Assembly (NCBI GenBank): GCA_001642005.1
Contig: LWCA01000027.1
Span: 1-64,000, forward strand
Direction of reading: 5' to 3'
Length of the DNA stretch: 64,000 bases
Source of the DNA: Intoshia linei
Taxonomy: Eukaryota > Animalia > Orthonectida
The translations under genes were made by a program, and so were the position numbers. Shown here in pieces: positions 1-13,700 of this stretch. Numbering within the stretch: position 1 is the stretch's first letter; the number at the start of each line of letters is the position of its first letter. A model generated the notes under the pieces. It saw only the letters and a list, made by a program, of their open reading frames with translations. It did no database searches and was not told the DNA's origin.

Positions 1-174
1 GCTAGACCTCATGTGAGCAAAAAAACAAGGGAAAGGTTTGCTGCTGAATCAATACAATTACTAGGTTGGCTTCCTTATTCTCCTGATTTATCTCCAATTG
101 AAAATCTATGGTCAATTATGCAGAATCGGCTATATGATGGTTCACAATATATTGTTAAACGTTTTTCATTGTAA
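1..174 (+). mobile_element. Tc1/mariner DDE transposase C-terminal fragment (truncated by window edge)
   Basis: Frame 1 reads ARPHVSKKTRERFAAESIQLLGWLPYSPDLSPIENLWSIMQNRL, matching the Tc1-type (DN)ARPH and W-P-x-SPDLxPIENxW catalytic motifs. Confidence 0.8.
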
Positions 175-1047
175 TTTTCATCATTTAACACACCGTTTCT
201 TTTCAATTTCCCATTTTTTTCAAAATCTTCATAAACAATTTTAAATCGTTAGTATCACATGGCCAAATTAAATTAATGACTCCGTTGCTTTCTAACAACG
301 TGTGTCGTCCAACTCTTTCAAAATAGTACTTACAATATTTAAATTGTTGGGGTCATACGTTACTGCTGTCCCGTTTGCAATTATTTTACAATTTTTTGTC
401 ATTGTTAAATCTCAACTCAATAAAAAATTGTTATGTATGAACGCGTCTTGTTTTTAAGTGTTAACCTATTTTTAATGTTTTCGTTGACACTGAGCACAAA
501 CTTACCGTTTTTAAACTTAAAACTTTTCCTTATTCAATTAAAATTTTTATATTTAACACCGTTTTTATAAAATTACATTTTAACCTATGCTAGAAATCAT
601 TTTCATTTATAGGGCGCCCTAACAAATTGACATGTTTATGTGAATTGAAAAAATTTATGTTATTTTTCTCATTTTCATAATTATTTATGGTACAACAATT
701 TTGACGCAATCTTAACAACCCTTGTAAAAATTGTTGCCTGTTTAACAAGTGATTCAGTTTAATCATGTATCTTCAAATAAAACATATTCTCATAGATGTA
801 ATGACTAGCTCATATCGGAAAACTAACTAAAAAATTGAATACGGATATTATACTTATAATTATGTTTATAAAGTATAACTCAAATTGTTTGTACAAAATG
901 TATTTCAATTCAAACAGTTAATATCAACTTAAATGTGTTTCATTTATGAAAAGTAAGGTTAGACGAAATTTTAACTTAAAATAAAATATAATAGCGCGTT
1001 ATGGCCTTTGATGAATTTACTTTACAAAAAATGAATAGGTTGGTAGT

Positions 1048-4000
1048 TTACTCTTTAGATACACATTTAGCCATTTTAATTTTTCTTCTTTTGGTAGGAC
1101 AATCCCTTCGCATCTCACATTCGCCTTTTTTGCAGTTCTTGCATCCCATTTCTAAATATATAAATAATAAATTACAATAAGATTGCTACTTTACATATTT
1201 GATAAATAAATCAGGAGATAAAGTAGTTCAAAGAAAATATAGTTTGTCTTTGACGGATGTTTCAAACAATTTGGAATTTCGTCAATAGTTTACTTGAATA
1301 GTAGTTTTACCAAGCAAAAAATCCATTACAAACAAGTATTGGCTAAAACAAATATACGAGGATTGAAAAAAATTCACACATTCTCTCATCTCTTAACCAA
1401 AGTTTAAAATTTAATATGTTGAATAACCTTGACTTAACCTTCAAAAAAACTACGTTTACTAAACCATAACATAAAATTCATTCTAATAAAAAATTGCTGG
1501 ATTTTTAACTAGGTTTGGCAAAAAGGACTATCAAAGTATCATTTACACATTATCTCAGATGACCTGAAATTCCAAATTGGGATACTCCAAAGGGTACCAC
1601 CCTTTGGAGTCATCCTGTCGTTCCTCATCAAGAAAAATATTGATAATAATCAGAATCTCAACTACCACATCATGATTTGATATGCGACATGCGAAAAACA
1701 CATTTGTATATACATAACATTGAAAAAAATTTCCTTTTAAAAATAAAATTATATGCATATATTGATTATAATTTTTCCATTTCTGAAAAAATTTTAAATA
1801 TTTATGTCGTAGTTAATGACTAATTTAATAATTAAGGATTAATATTAATAAATGTTATTTCTGTAATTATAACCAATAAACGTTAAGTTACTAATATAAA
1901 GTTATTTCACTATTTAAAATTTGAATTACAATTACGATTAAAATTGAAATGAATGACCATTTTATTGTTTAAAATCAAATAATTTTTGTCTAATTTGTGG
2001 TTTACGTCTATTAAAATCAAAAAAAATTATTCTATCAATTTTGAATCATTTCGAGTTAAAGTTGAAAAAATGTATAACATCTTATGATTATTTTTTATGG
2101 TGGATACCAACATTTGTTTGCGGAACGTATCATGCAGCTGTTAACAAAAATTTCAAAAAATTTAAAAATTCAAGAAATTGGCAAAAACCAAAAATAACCA
2201 CCGAGTGTTATTTCTGTCTATCTACCCTTTAACACTACCAAGCATCACGGTTAAACCATTGTTAAATGATTCTTTAAACATTCAATCCTCTCTTCAACCA
2301 GTCAGGAGTAAACGCTTGTGCATTATTGATGAAAGTTCTAAAGAAAGCATTGTTTCCTCCAGTCAGTCATATTTATATAGTCCAGAAAAACCAGGCCAAT
2401 CTGAATTAAATAGGCTTTCAGCGGTGCTTCAATTATCAAAGTCAGAGATAATGGTTACATTTTTAAAAAAATTCGGTATTACGTGTAATGATGTCCGATG
2501 AACGTATCACAGATCACGTAATTTCGAATTTTCACAATTTTTTAACTAATCTGGTGACATTGTTTATGTTCAAAATTTGAATAATTTACTGATCGAATTA
2601 AAAATTCAGCATATTCCTTCCTGAGTGGTTTCTTTTTATGGATTCATCGACACATAGTTTTAAAGCTGTCTTAATTTATAACAAACATATCTATCCACCA
2701 ATACCACTGGCATATGGTAAGACATTGAAGGAAGATTACAACACATTTGAGGATCTTTTATGTCTTATTGACTATAAAAAATATGACTGGATGGTATGCA
2801 GTGACTTAAAGGTGGTTAATATTCTAATGGGTTTAAATGGAAGATTTTCAAAATATCCATGTTATCTATGCTTATTTGATTCACGATACAGGGACGATCA
2901 CTATACTAGAAAATCTTGGCCAGTTCTGGAACATATTTTGGGTGAATAAAATTGCATTAATATTCCTCTAATTTCAAAAAATAAAATAATTTCTCCTCCA
3001 TTGCACTTGAAGTTAGGATTTGCACGCCAATTTCTTACAATGTTATATCGTGAGAGCCACACCAATAGATTTTTATAAACTATCAATTCCACGTAAAATT
3101 GTGTATTAGCACATTTAACAAATGCTAAATTGTCAAACGGCATCGTCACCGGACCTAAACTTACAAAATTATTCAAATCAGAAGAATTTACGGAATCTCT
3201 ACCAATATCCAAAAAGAAAGCTTGGGATGCCTTCAAATTATTATGTTCAGATTTTTTGGGAAACAAACGCAATCCATCAATATATTATTTTGTAATATAT
3301 TATAATAAAAATATTATCAAAGAATTTATTAAGTCATATGGAGGTGCTAATTGCTACTTAAGCATTAATATTCATCTGTTACATTCACATCCGGAAAAAT
3401 TTGTCGATAAATGTGGTGCGTGATCTGATGAGCACGGCGAAAGATATCATCAAATTCTCAAACCTCTTGAACGTAATTTTCAAGGTGGCTCTATGATAAA
3501 TATGCTCGGTGAATATTTTTGGAGGTCGAGTTTTAGGTTAATTTTAATTTAATTAATGTGAAAATAGTATGTTATTCATTTTTAATAATTTCCACCTGAA
3601 CAAGAATATATTTTTTGCCAAATCATAAATGTAACATTAAATTTTCATAAAATCCAGATACATAGATTTATACATTTTATTTTAGACATTTACGATGAAA
3701 AGAACTGGATATATTTAATATTTATTTGTCATTATTAAAACTTAAATTAAAAAAAATCCTTGTTGTCAATAATTTTGTGTAATGGGATTATATTTTTGTC
3801 TTTTCATGTAGATTGCACTGTGAAAAAAGGTAACAGAAATTCTTTAAAAAACCTATGATTAGGGTAAATTATGCCCCTTTTTTTTCATTATAATTGTATA
3901 ATTAAAATTTTTATAGTTTCATTATATTCAAAATATTTAATTATGTATTTAAAATATATTCGATACCCAAAATAGTTCGCTTAATGATATAAGAAATGCA

Positions 4001-7000
4001 ATTGTCCTCTTTATAAATCAATATTAATGTGAGATTATTTCGGTAACTAGGAGACAGATTTCTCCCTTTCTTTCAGAATATACATTTTGCAACTCAGCTT
4101 ATCATTTAAAAATAAAAGCTAAAAGAAATTTTTTTAAAAGTGTTAAAATGTTTCCCAGTGTAATATATACTAACTAGCTTGTCTGTATTGTACTTCATAC
4201 AAACAGCACCTAGCTCTGTTGAGGATGGACTTCTCGAATTCTACCAAAAAAATGACATCTTACACAAAAATGCCACCATTCACGATTACCAATCTTTGAA
4301 AGGAATGGTTCCCAAACGTGTGAAGACAATTGTTTATTTTTAAATTCTAGAATCATTAATTATATCAAATTTTTTGTTTTACTGAAATAGTTTCCCCAAA
4401 AAAAGGGTAAACAGTAAATTCTTTTGTTGAAAATGAATGCTTAATGTAACATTGAAAATTTGTATATATTATAACTGAAAAAATCTGTATGAAATGTGAT
4501 CTTTTTTAAATTCTTGGACTATTTATGGGTTTTTTTATAAAATAACGATAATACACATACAGACATACACACAAAGACTTATATAAGTTAGGATGAGTAA
4601 TTTGGTGTTTTGAACATAAAGATATAAGTTATTAAAATTGAAATCATTTAATGTTCATCATTTTAAAATATGTATAAGAATGTTGATTTTAAAAAATTTT
4701 AGGTCTCATTTTATTTTTAAAGATAAGATGAGTAATTCGGGTTTTTACTCTGAATGACTCAATTTCTGAAATCTAATTGACGATAAAATCTAATCCTCGA
4801 AAAACTGTATTATATATTGGTTTTTTAAGTCTATCTATACACAAAGTGTATTACATGTATCTTTCGTAAAAAGACAGAATTAAATTTTGTGTAATATTAA
4901 ATTTAAATGGAACAAAAATATTAAAAAATTGGAACCATCTTTAAAATTTAATACAAAAATATTCCCTAAAAACACTCCTGAAAATATGGTAAAAAAATTT
5001 TACAAGAGTTTTATATAAGTTAGGATAATACGAAATTATTAGTTAATGGAGTTATAAATAAAGGAGTTAAATATAAGGACGCTCGCTGCATACATTTAAT
5101 AAAAGCAAAATACCCGATTTTCCGCAATTATGAGTTTTGTTAACACAAGCGTTGCAATTATCACAATGGGTAAAAGCGTTTAAACTGTTAACACACCTAG
5201 AACATTTTGAACAGTGTTGTCTTTTTTCATTGTGCTAAAGAAAATTAAAAAGGTCAATATTTATATCACGATAATAACACATTTGCCACAACTTTTGCAA
5301 TGAATATTGTTCTTGTGTACCACAATCTTGCATATTTCGCATATTCTAGTAAATAAACATTAAAATTTAAAGGTTAAGATTTAATTAATCTAAAAAATCG
5401 GCTCATCAAGTGAGTTCTGAACCTGCCATAACTTCTTTGGGGTATTGATTACATTTTTGTAAATGTTGGCCTGATTTTGCCAAATTAAGCATTAAAAAAC
5501 ATTATATTCTTGAATATCAACTATTTTAAATGTTTAATTAAAATGTCAATTAAGGGCATTGGAGAAATGTCAATGGGTTTTATAATACTACGACGCATCG
5601 TTTGCAAATTTTCTTAGGTCCTATTTTGTATTTTCAGATGACCTCGAGCTTGGTAAATTCGGTTCTGATTAGTGATAAACTTCAAAAATTTTATATATAT
5701 AAGTTTTTTAGTGTAAACGTTTATTTAAAAACTCAATTTACCCTTTTTTTTACATAAAATCACCCCTAGAATATTTAAATTAACTTAAATAATTATATAT
5801 AATTTAAATATTTATATTTTTACCAAAACTTAAGGAAAAATTCCAGTTTTACCAACCTTAAAAGGCACAATTCTAGTTTTAACAACCCGTAAGTAAAAAA
5901 ATAAGTTTTACCAACTCTTTAGGTAACAATGGATTAATCCCTTAATAGTTGAAAAAGTGGATTTTTCCCTAAAAAGTTAGTAAACTGATTTTTTCACTTA
6001 AGGGTTAATAAAATTGGAATTTTCCCTTAAGTTTTGGTACAACTGATTTTTTTATTTTAAGGTTGGTAAGACTGGATTTTTCCTTTTAGGGTTGGTAAAA
6101 CTGGATTTTTAGTAAAAATGGTTAGGTTTTAGGTGAAAATGGCCAAAATTTTAATAATTTTTTAAATATTAACAATTAATTTAAATTTTAATTATAACGA
6201 TAAGTGCCGACTCTTCAAATAATGGAACTATTATCTGAATAAAGCTTACCTGTACTCAGGTTGAGAACATTTGAAAAGTTTTAAATTAGCATTTGTCATA
6301 ATTCGTACAGCAGAATTTTTGTGAAATCTATTGAAACGATTCTTTTCATAAGTAACCTTCATAATAAATTTTTACAAAAAAAATTGATAAATGAAAACTT
6401 ACTCTATAATCCATCATATTTACTTGCTGAAACTTGCTCAACCATCGTTTTAAAAAATATGGTAAAAATGCATACAAATGAAGTCGATTTTTAGATTTGT
6501 GTAATTTTCGGTGATCCTCCAAAAAATTATTTATACTCCACGTCCACGGCTCTATTAATCCACCAAATGGAGGATCAATAAAAATTGCCATTTTTTTATG
6601 TTTTTTAATGAAATTTTGAATAATTTCTTTATCGCTTGATTTGTAAAAGTGATTATTGAACACGTTATATTGAATAAATGGATTTTTTGCAGTTTTTCCA
6701 TGCAGTTCTGGATTCTAAATATAGTTATAATCGGAACCAAAAATAAATTACCTTATTTTCGTCAATATCCATAAAAATAAAATCTACATCAGGGTATTTT
6801 TCCAGGCCCTCATAATAAACCCTACATTTATAATGTAAATGATTACAAAAAATATAAATTATAAATTACGTTGGCGTACCAATGCAAATAACACCATTGT
6901 ATCCCATAGATAAGATCGAATCTGAAATAAATTCTACAGTTTCACGGTTAAACATAAAACTCTATAATGAAAAATTGAAATTAGTATAACAAAAATATTT

Positions 7001-7476
7001 ACCGCCAATGAGGCGTTTTCTTTTTTTCGCAAATTTTGAACATTTTTATCCATTTTTAATTGAATTTCATTTTGTTCTGCTTGTCTATATAAAATTATTA
7101 ACATACACTCAAAAATAATTACATGGCATTCAAAAATATCATTTTATCTTGAAAATTATCATTTTTCATCTTTTTTTCAAATTCATCTTTCCAATGAAAT
7201 GTTCGACATAATTTTCGATCTCTAAATGTAGAACAGGCATAAAATTGACGATTTGAGTTTTTCTTTTGAGTTTGTCGACTGTATAATAAACAGGGCCCTA
7301 AATTTAAGATTTAATTAGTAGAAGTAAATTAATATGTTAATTAATAAAATTGTACCGTGATTACAACAAGGTACTTTGTTTATATCAAAACCGTTTTTTG
7401 AAATAAGACAGATTTTTTGAAAATTTTTTGGATCTTTTTCTAAAACTCAACAATTAAATATATCAAAATAACTCAT
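1048..7476 (-). CDS. ZCCHC4: 28S rRNA m6A methyltransferase ZCCHC4, multi-exon
   Basis: Spliced exons give a GRF Zn finger (PCCNHG|PCLLY..RQFYACSTFRDRKLCRTFHW, ~7125-7440), GVICIGTP (~6870-6960), the catalytic IDPPFGGLIEP (6346-6663 ORF), SAVRIMTN, and Cys-rich CEICK..HCKSC..HCSKCSRCV..HCDNC (5115-5347). A phase-compatible last exon 1151-1048 reads EMGCKNCKKGECEMRRDCP. The start codon at 7476 is tentative. Confidence 0.88.
1949..3540 (+). mobile_element. Degenerate Chapaev-like (CMC superfamily) transposase, antisense in the last ZCCHC4 intron
   Basis: Motifs in order across frameshifts and stops: NNFCLICG, WQKP..TECYFC, FMDSS..SFKAVL, CSDLKVVNILMGL..FSKYPCYLCLFDSR, PPLHLKLG, IHLLHSH, SDEHGERYHQ, MLGEYFW. 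The family name is assigned from memory of these motifs. Confidence 0.75.
4174..5025 (-). mobile_element. Non-autonomous Helitron-like repeat
   Basis: The minus strand ends in the hairpin CTGTTTGTA-TGAAG-TACAATACAG followed by CTAG|T. A|TCCTAACTTATA 5'-type ends occur at 4593 and 5025, with a short ACAY microsatellite near 4551-4572. The same end motif recurs at ~8998, 46309, 51338 and 62268. Confidence 0.55.
5815..6115. repeat. Fold-back array of ~31-33 bp subrepeats (TTTTACCAACCTTAA core)
   Basis: TACCAAAACTTAAGGAAAAATT at 5821 is the near reverse complement of AATTTTCCCTTAAGTTTTGGTA at ~6018. The left half carries ACCAAC units and the right half GTTGGT units. Confidence 0.65.
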
Positions 7477-7739
7477 ACAAATGTATAATGCATCGCATAT
7501 TGTAATATTAATTTTTTATATCGAATTGGCGCCGAAGAAATGTAAATTTTATCATAATACACAATTTTTATAAATCTATAAAATTTGGCCATTTGTACAA
7601 CTACAATCAACCTAATCTTCAAGTTAAAATTGTTATGAAAGTCAAACAAACTTAGTTGGATCTAATTAAATAAATATTTAAACTATTCATGTGTGATTAT
7701 TTCAATCTTTAAAAATATTAAATTTGTAATTATATACCC

Positions 7740-10700
7740 ATGTCTAAGGACCAGTTAATATTGAATAATGGAATTATTTTGAAAGGAAAACAATTGGGAG
7801 CAAAACGAATACTGTCAGGCGAAATTGGTTTGTCACTCTTGATATTTATGTATTATCGCTCTTTATATTTTTTTGTGTATGTTTTTAACTTATTTACAGT
7901 TAATTGCTTTCTTTTTTACTAAATTTTTACAATTGTATTGCAATTGGTTTTTAATGTAAACATGACTTGTATAATTTGTTGTTCGAGGTCCCATCCATTA
8001 TATGTCATTTTGATTTGACCCCAAAAAATTATCATACAATGCAGCACGTGATAATGTAGTACCGACTTGGTATTCTTTGATAATTTTGAATGTTACCAAT
8101 GGATTTATAAAATACTTTTTTAAATTAGTGGGTACGTCGCTTATTCGAATTGGTACCTATTACTGAACAATCGTCTACAAACAACGAATTGAATTATTTT
8201 CAAAGCATGCGTATTTTTTAATTCCAAAGAGAAAACCTTATTTTATATGCATGGGGTAATTCATGTATATTATGGTTCTCAAACTATTCAGCACCCGTAA
8301 TTTACATTACATTGTTCGTGGACCATCTAAATGCTATTGCAGAGAAACATTAAAATATTCGCCCTAGATTTATAATATATAGGTATAATATTTCCTTAAA
8401 TCATGGTTTGACGAGAAAAAATTACGTTATAAAAATATTGTATTTTGCACCACGGGTGGTGCATCATCTATGGTAAGGAAAATAAGGGATTTATTGTTTT
8501 TCGAAATAATTATTGCCCTGAAGTTCTTACGATTCACTGCATCATAAGTATAGTAAGATAGTAAATCGTATAAAGTGTAAGTTGAAATTTTCAAATTAGT
8601 TTTTCATTTTATTAAAATTTAAAATTAAAGAGGTTACGAAATTTTTTTAGCAACTTTATATGAGGGGCAATGAAAATTTTTTAATCACCAAAGAAAAGGT
8701 TGAGAATCCCTGATCTACAGTTTTAAAAATTGGACATGAAATTTTAAATATCGAGAGTGCATTTATCCAAATTTTAATTTGAAACACTTTACTATCAATT
8801 TGGAATATTTGGAATAATTCAAATAGATTTACACAATTTTGGAGGAAAATTGAATCATATACAAAAATAACAACATTGACTGTGATGACTATTATTTTGC
8901 AGATTTACAATGATAATCAAAAAAAAGTGAAAATTATGGCCAGCAACTCAACAATTATATTTTACACATGATTTTGTTCAGTGATTATTATTTACAACTA
9001 ACTTGACTGTTATGTACTTCGTACAACAGCATCCTAGCTCTGCCGAGGGCGGACATTTTTATTATACCAAAAAAATAAATTCAATATGAAAATGTAACCT
9101 AAAAATTCTACTTCATATACTCACTATTATCAATTCTTTAAAGGAGTGGTTCCCATACTTGTTTCAGGTGGAACCGTCATATCTTTTACTTATTATATCG
9201 TCATTACTTTTTACTTTAAAGTGAATTATTCCATCTTGAATTTTGTATCATTTAATTTATTTTGTATAGTAAATTTTAATAGTAATAATTATTTCCATAA
9301 CAATTAATTTTCAATTTGTATTGTTTTATATTTATTCAGTTTTCTTATTGGAATCGGTTTTTTTATCAATTCGGCGTTAATGATCCGCTAGACGATAATT
9401 TTGCGCATCTTTATAGCTATTTGTATAAAAATTTTTATATAATTAAATAATATTTTTAAGAAAATTGTCATATATTAGTTACTGTGAGCGATATATTGTT
9501 CAAAACTTTAGAGGCGATGCCCCAGGGTTTTTTTAGCAGTTGAGAGATTAGATTGGGTGCAAATTTAATATTTTCAAAATGTTCATATGGTGGAAAGGTG
9601 CACTTTTGATATAAAAATTCGTTCACACCCCTAGTGTGTATAATATTAAAAATAAAGTAAAAACAGTCCAATCCTAAATAATAATAAATATAAAATAATA
9701 AAATAAAATAAAATAATAAAATCCCTAATAAATACTTAAAAATACCAATTATGTATCAATAATTAACGGAATCTTCACTTTATAAATATATTTTAAACGA
9801 ATTTACCAAATATTACAAATTATTGTAATAAATATAAAAATAATAATCAAAAAGTTGTATTACTTTCAGTTTCGTTGTTGTAGTTTAAATTTGATACAAA
9901 ATGTTTTGAAAATGAGAATTAGAAATTTAAAAATTGCGTAGCAATGAAAAAAATTCCGATGGAATGAATTATATAGATTTTCACCCATATTTCTTTATTG
10001 GAAATTTGTAGACGTTCAATGGACATTTTTTGTGAAATTGTAAGATCAATATTTACATTTTCAATTTTTATTTTAATTAAAATATTTGAAAAATATTGGT
10101 TGATAATATATTAAAAATGATTTTTTACCAATAAAGCATAGATTTCTGGGGTTGAAATTTTGTATTTATATCGACTGTAATAAGCTCTATCCGAACAATC
10201 TTTTCTTTTTTTTAATTTTTGGACGTTTAATTATTTTACATTTTTTGTTTTGTTTTGTTAATAAAATATTTCGGAAAAAAAATATATTAATACTAAAATG
10301 CTTTTTTGACTATGAAAGCGTCACTTATTCATATTGAAATTTTTATTAATTCTAGGGCTGTTTTTTTTAAAAAATAATTAATTTGTGGTTTTGGCACAAA
10401 AGATATTATATAATTTTACCAACCCTTAAGCCCTAAATTAAGCTAAATTCTCTTTTTTTTTTTGTTTTTTTGAACTTGGATTTTACCAACTTTACGAGAC
10501 GAAATATGTTTATCCAACGACAAAATATAAAATTAAAATTTTAGCAACATAAAGTTAAAATCGCCTTTTTCGAATACTTAATTAGAAAAATTAAAAATTT
10601 TTGAAACTCACAAGCGTCATTGTAAACAGTTTACATTTTACAAATTAGGCATTTTTATATTTTAAAAAATTTGATAGTATCAACAAATCGCCACCCTTGC

Positions 10701-13700
10701 TCATAATTTATATAACTACTATTCATAAAAAATGTTTCTTATTTAAATGTAATACTTTGATTTTAGTGTTCCAAACTGGAATGGTGGGCTATATTGAGTC
10801 GTTAACGGATCCATCATACAAAAATCAAATACTGGTCATGACATACCCGCTGATTGGAAATTACGGAGTTCCAGAAGAAGATTATGATGAAAATGGAATT
10901 GTTAAAGTTTTCGAATCTAATAAAATCCAAGTTGCTGGTGTGGTAGTAGCTGAGTCATCAGAATCACTTTGCCATTTTTCTGCCAAGAAAACCTTTGTTG
11001 ATTGGCTCGCTTCAAACGACGTCCCCTTATTGACAAGTAAATTAAAATAAAATGTTTTAATTATACGTTTAGATGTTGATACTCGAATTTTAACCAAAAT
11101 AATTAGAGAAAGTAATAATTTACTTGCCAAGGTACCTTTTATTATATTTTTACATTACTACATTTTAATAGATTGTTCCGTTTGGTGAGAACGAATTTAA
11201 ATTGGATTTTTTCGATACAAATTCGATGGACCTGATTTCTTTGGTGACATGTAAAGTAATTTAATTAATTAAAATAGTTTATGATGTTTTTTCAACCTAG
11301 GATTTTTTCTACCATAAGCGATCATCGTCTCTCGTTCCTTTTACTTTGCTCACTTTCGATATACATGTTATATATATTTAGATTTAATTTGAATAGCAGA
11401 TTTTTCATTAAGGTTGATTTTGACGATGATGAGAACGGTTCCAAATTTTCACCACATAAATAATAAATTAATCACATCGACGTCGACGACCCCTACCCCA
11501 TATTTATTCGATTTAAAGGTTGAAAAACTGACTTATTTACATGTTAGTATGCTTTTGATTAAAATTAAATTTTTATAAAATATATATTTTAGGATGAAAA
11601 AACGTATAATTCAGATGCAAATACTAAAATATTAGTTGTAGATTGTGGAATTAAAAATAACGTTTTGCGGATTTTGGCAAAAAATAAAAAGTTTTGCATT
11701 CGTGTGGTTCCTTACAACGATCGAAAGAGTATACGAAATATGGGTAATAAACATTTTTATTGGTATTGTATTGTTACTACATTTGGTATTTTTAGATTAT
11801 GACGGTATAGTTATAAGTAGTGGACCAGGAAACCCTGAAATGTGCATAAATTTGATAGAAGATGTTCAATTTATCATGGAATCGTCAAAAATTGTACCCA
11901 TATTTGGTATTTGCCTGGGTCATCAAATAATGGCTTTGGCGGCAGGTGGAACGACTTACAAGATGAAGTAAATTTTTACAAATTAATTCGAAATATTTTC
12001 AATATTCAATTTAGATACGGTCATCGTGGGCAAAATCAACCCGTTATATTAACAAATACGGTATATTGTAGAGTTTCATGTCAAAATCATGGGTATGTGG
12101 TGGATATAAAATCTTTGAATAAAAAATGGGCTGAATTGTTTATTAATGCTAACGATTTTAGTAATGAAGGAATGTACCACACTGAAAAACCTTACATGAG
12201 GTTAACTTAAATTTACAAATATACAATGAAGTAAAATATATTTTTTAGTGTACAATTTCACCCAGAACACGCTTCTGGACCACGTGATACTGAATTTATA
12301 TTTACAATCTTTTTGGATTCCTGTGATAAGTTAAAAAATAAGGAAGCAAAAAATGACAAGTAAATTATTATAATGTATATTTTACTTCACGTGCAGTATG
12401 ATTTTGTAGGACAAGGCACACTTTGCTATTTTTTATATAAAGTCTCTAGTTTGATTGGGATTTTTCAAAATTATTTAGAGCACTTTTTATTAGTCGAATA
12501 TCCTTACTTATATAAAGTAAAATGGTTAAAAATGTAGGCCTATTTGTTTATTTGTTCCAGTTTATTTACAAAAGTAAGGGAATTTGAGTTTTACAAATTC
12601 TACATTTATGTAACAGTTTTTCCGCAATCATGTTTTATTTCAAATTTTAATTTCTGAATTGAGTCCTTCAAGGTTAAAAAACCCAATTGTCTTTCAAACC
12701 CGTTTTTAAATTCAAATACGCCCTAGAATGATAAAAAATACCCCTTCTAATAAAAAGTTTTAAATTCATCAGTTTTATAATAATTTTCAATTTCAAAATC
12801 TTATTTTATGGCCAAAACCTAAAATTACTCATTTTTGTGAAAATTAAGAAAGTCCTAGAATTTTATACAACATAATTCTGGAATGGTTTTTAAATTCATA
12901 AGCATTATCATACATGGTAACTTCAAAAAAGGTAATTTTCACGGTCAAAAACTCAGATTGCGCTTTTTTTAAAAATGAACACAGCCCTAGAATTTAAAAA
13001 AATTACGTATAATACAATTATATCCAGTTAACACACATAAAAATTTTAATTATAAATAAAAGTTACGCCTTCATGGTTAAAAAAGTACTTTAGTATTTAT
13101 TTTTTTAATATAATTTTATTAACAACAAAAAAATTTGAAATAATTAACAGTCGTACAATTAAAAAAAAAAAATTATTCAGAGACACATTATTCAAGTTGA
13201 TATAAATACAAAATTTCAACCCCAGAAATCTATGCATTCCCGGTAAAAACTAATTTTTAATATATTATCAACCAATATTTTTCAAATGTTGGATTAACAT
13301 TAAAAATGAAAAAATAAAATAATCATTCTACAATTTTAAAAAATAATGTGCATTGAACGTCTACAAATTTCCAATAAATGAATATGGGTGGAAATCTATA
13401 TAATTGATTCCTTCGGTTTTTTTCATTGCTACGCAATTTTTTATTTTCAAATAATTTTAGTCTAAAACTACAACTTAGTTATAATAATTTTTATATTTAT
13501 TACAATGCTTTGTAATTTTGGTAAAATTCATCTGAAATGTATATCATCAGTGATGATACATCACAGTTAAAATGACCAAATCTGCATTTACAATTTTATT
13601 TTTTTTGGAATTTAAGCTATTTATAACAATTTTTAGAATTGTACTATTTTTACTTTATTTTAAGGTTATACAGTGTATAATATACACTCTATACTCTATA

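Noticed and set aside
10152-10337. Similar ORFs at 10152 and 60044 (MKFCIYI..) suggesting a small gene family
   Set aside because: They are chance ORFs with a TTG start in copies of a dispersed AT-rich repeat, and other copies are disrupted.
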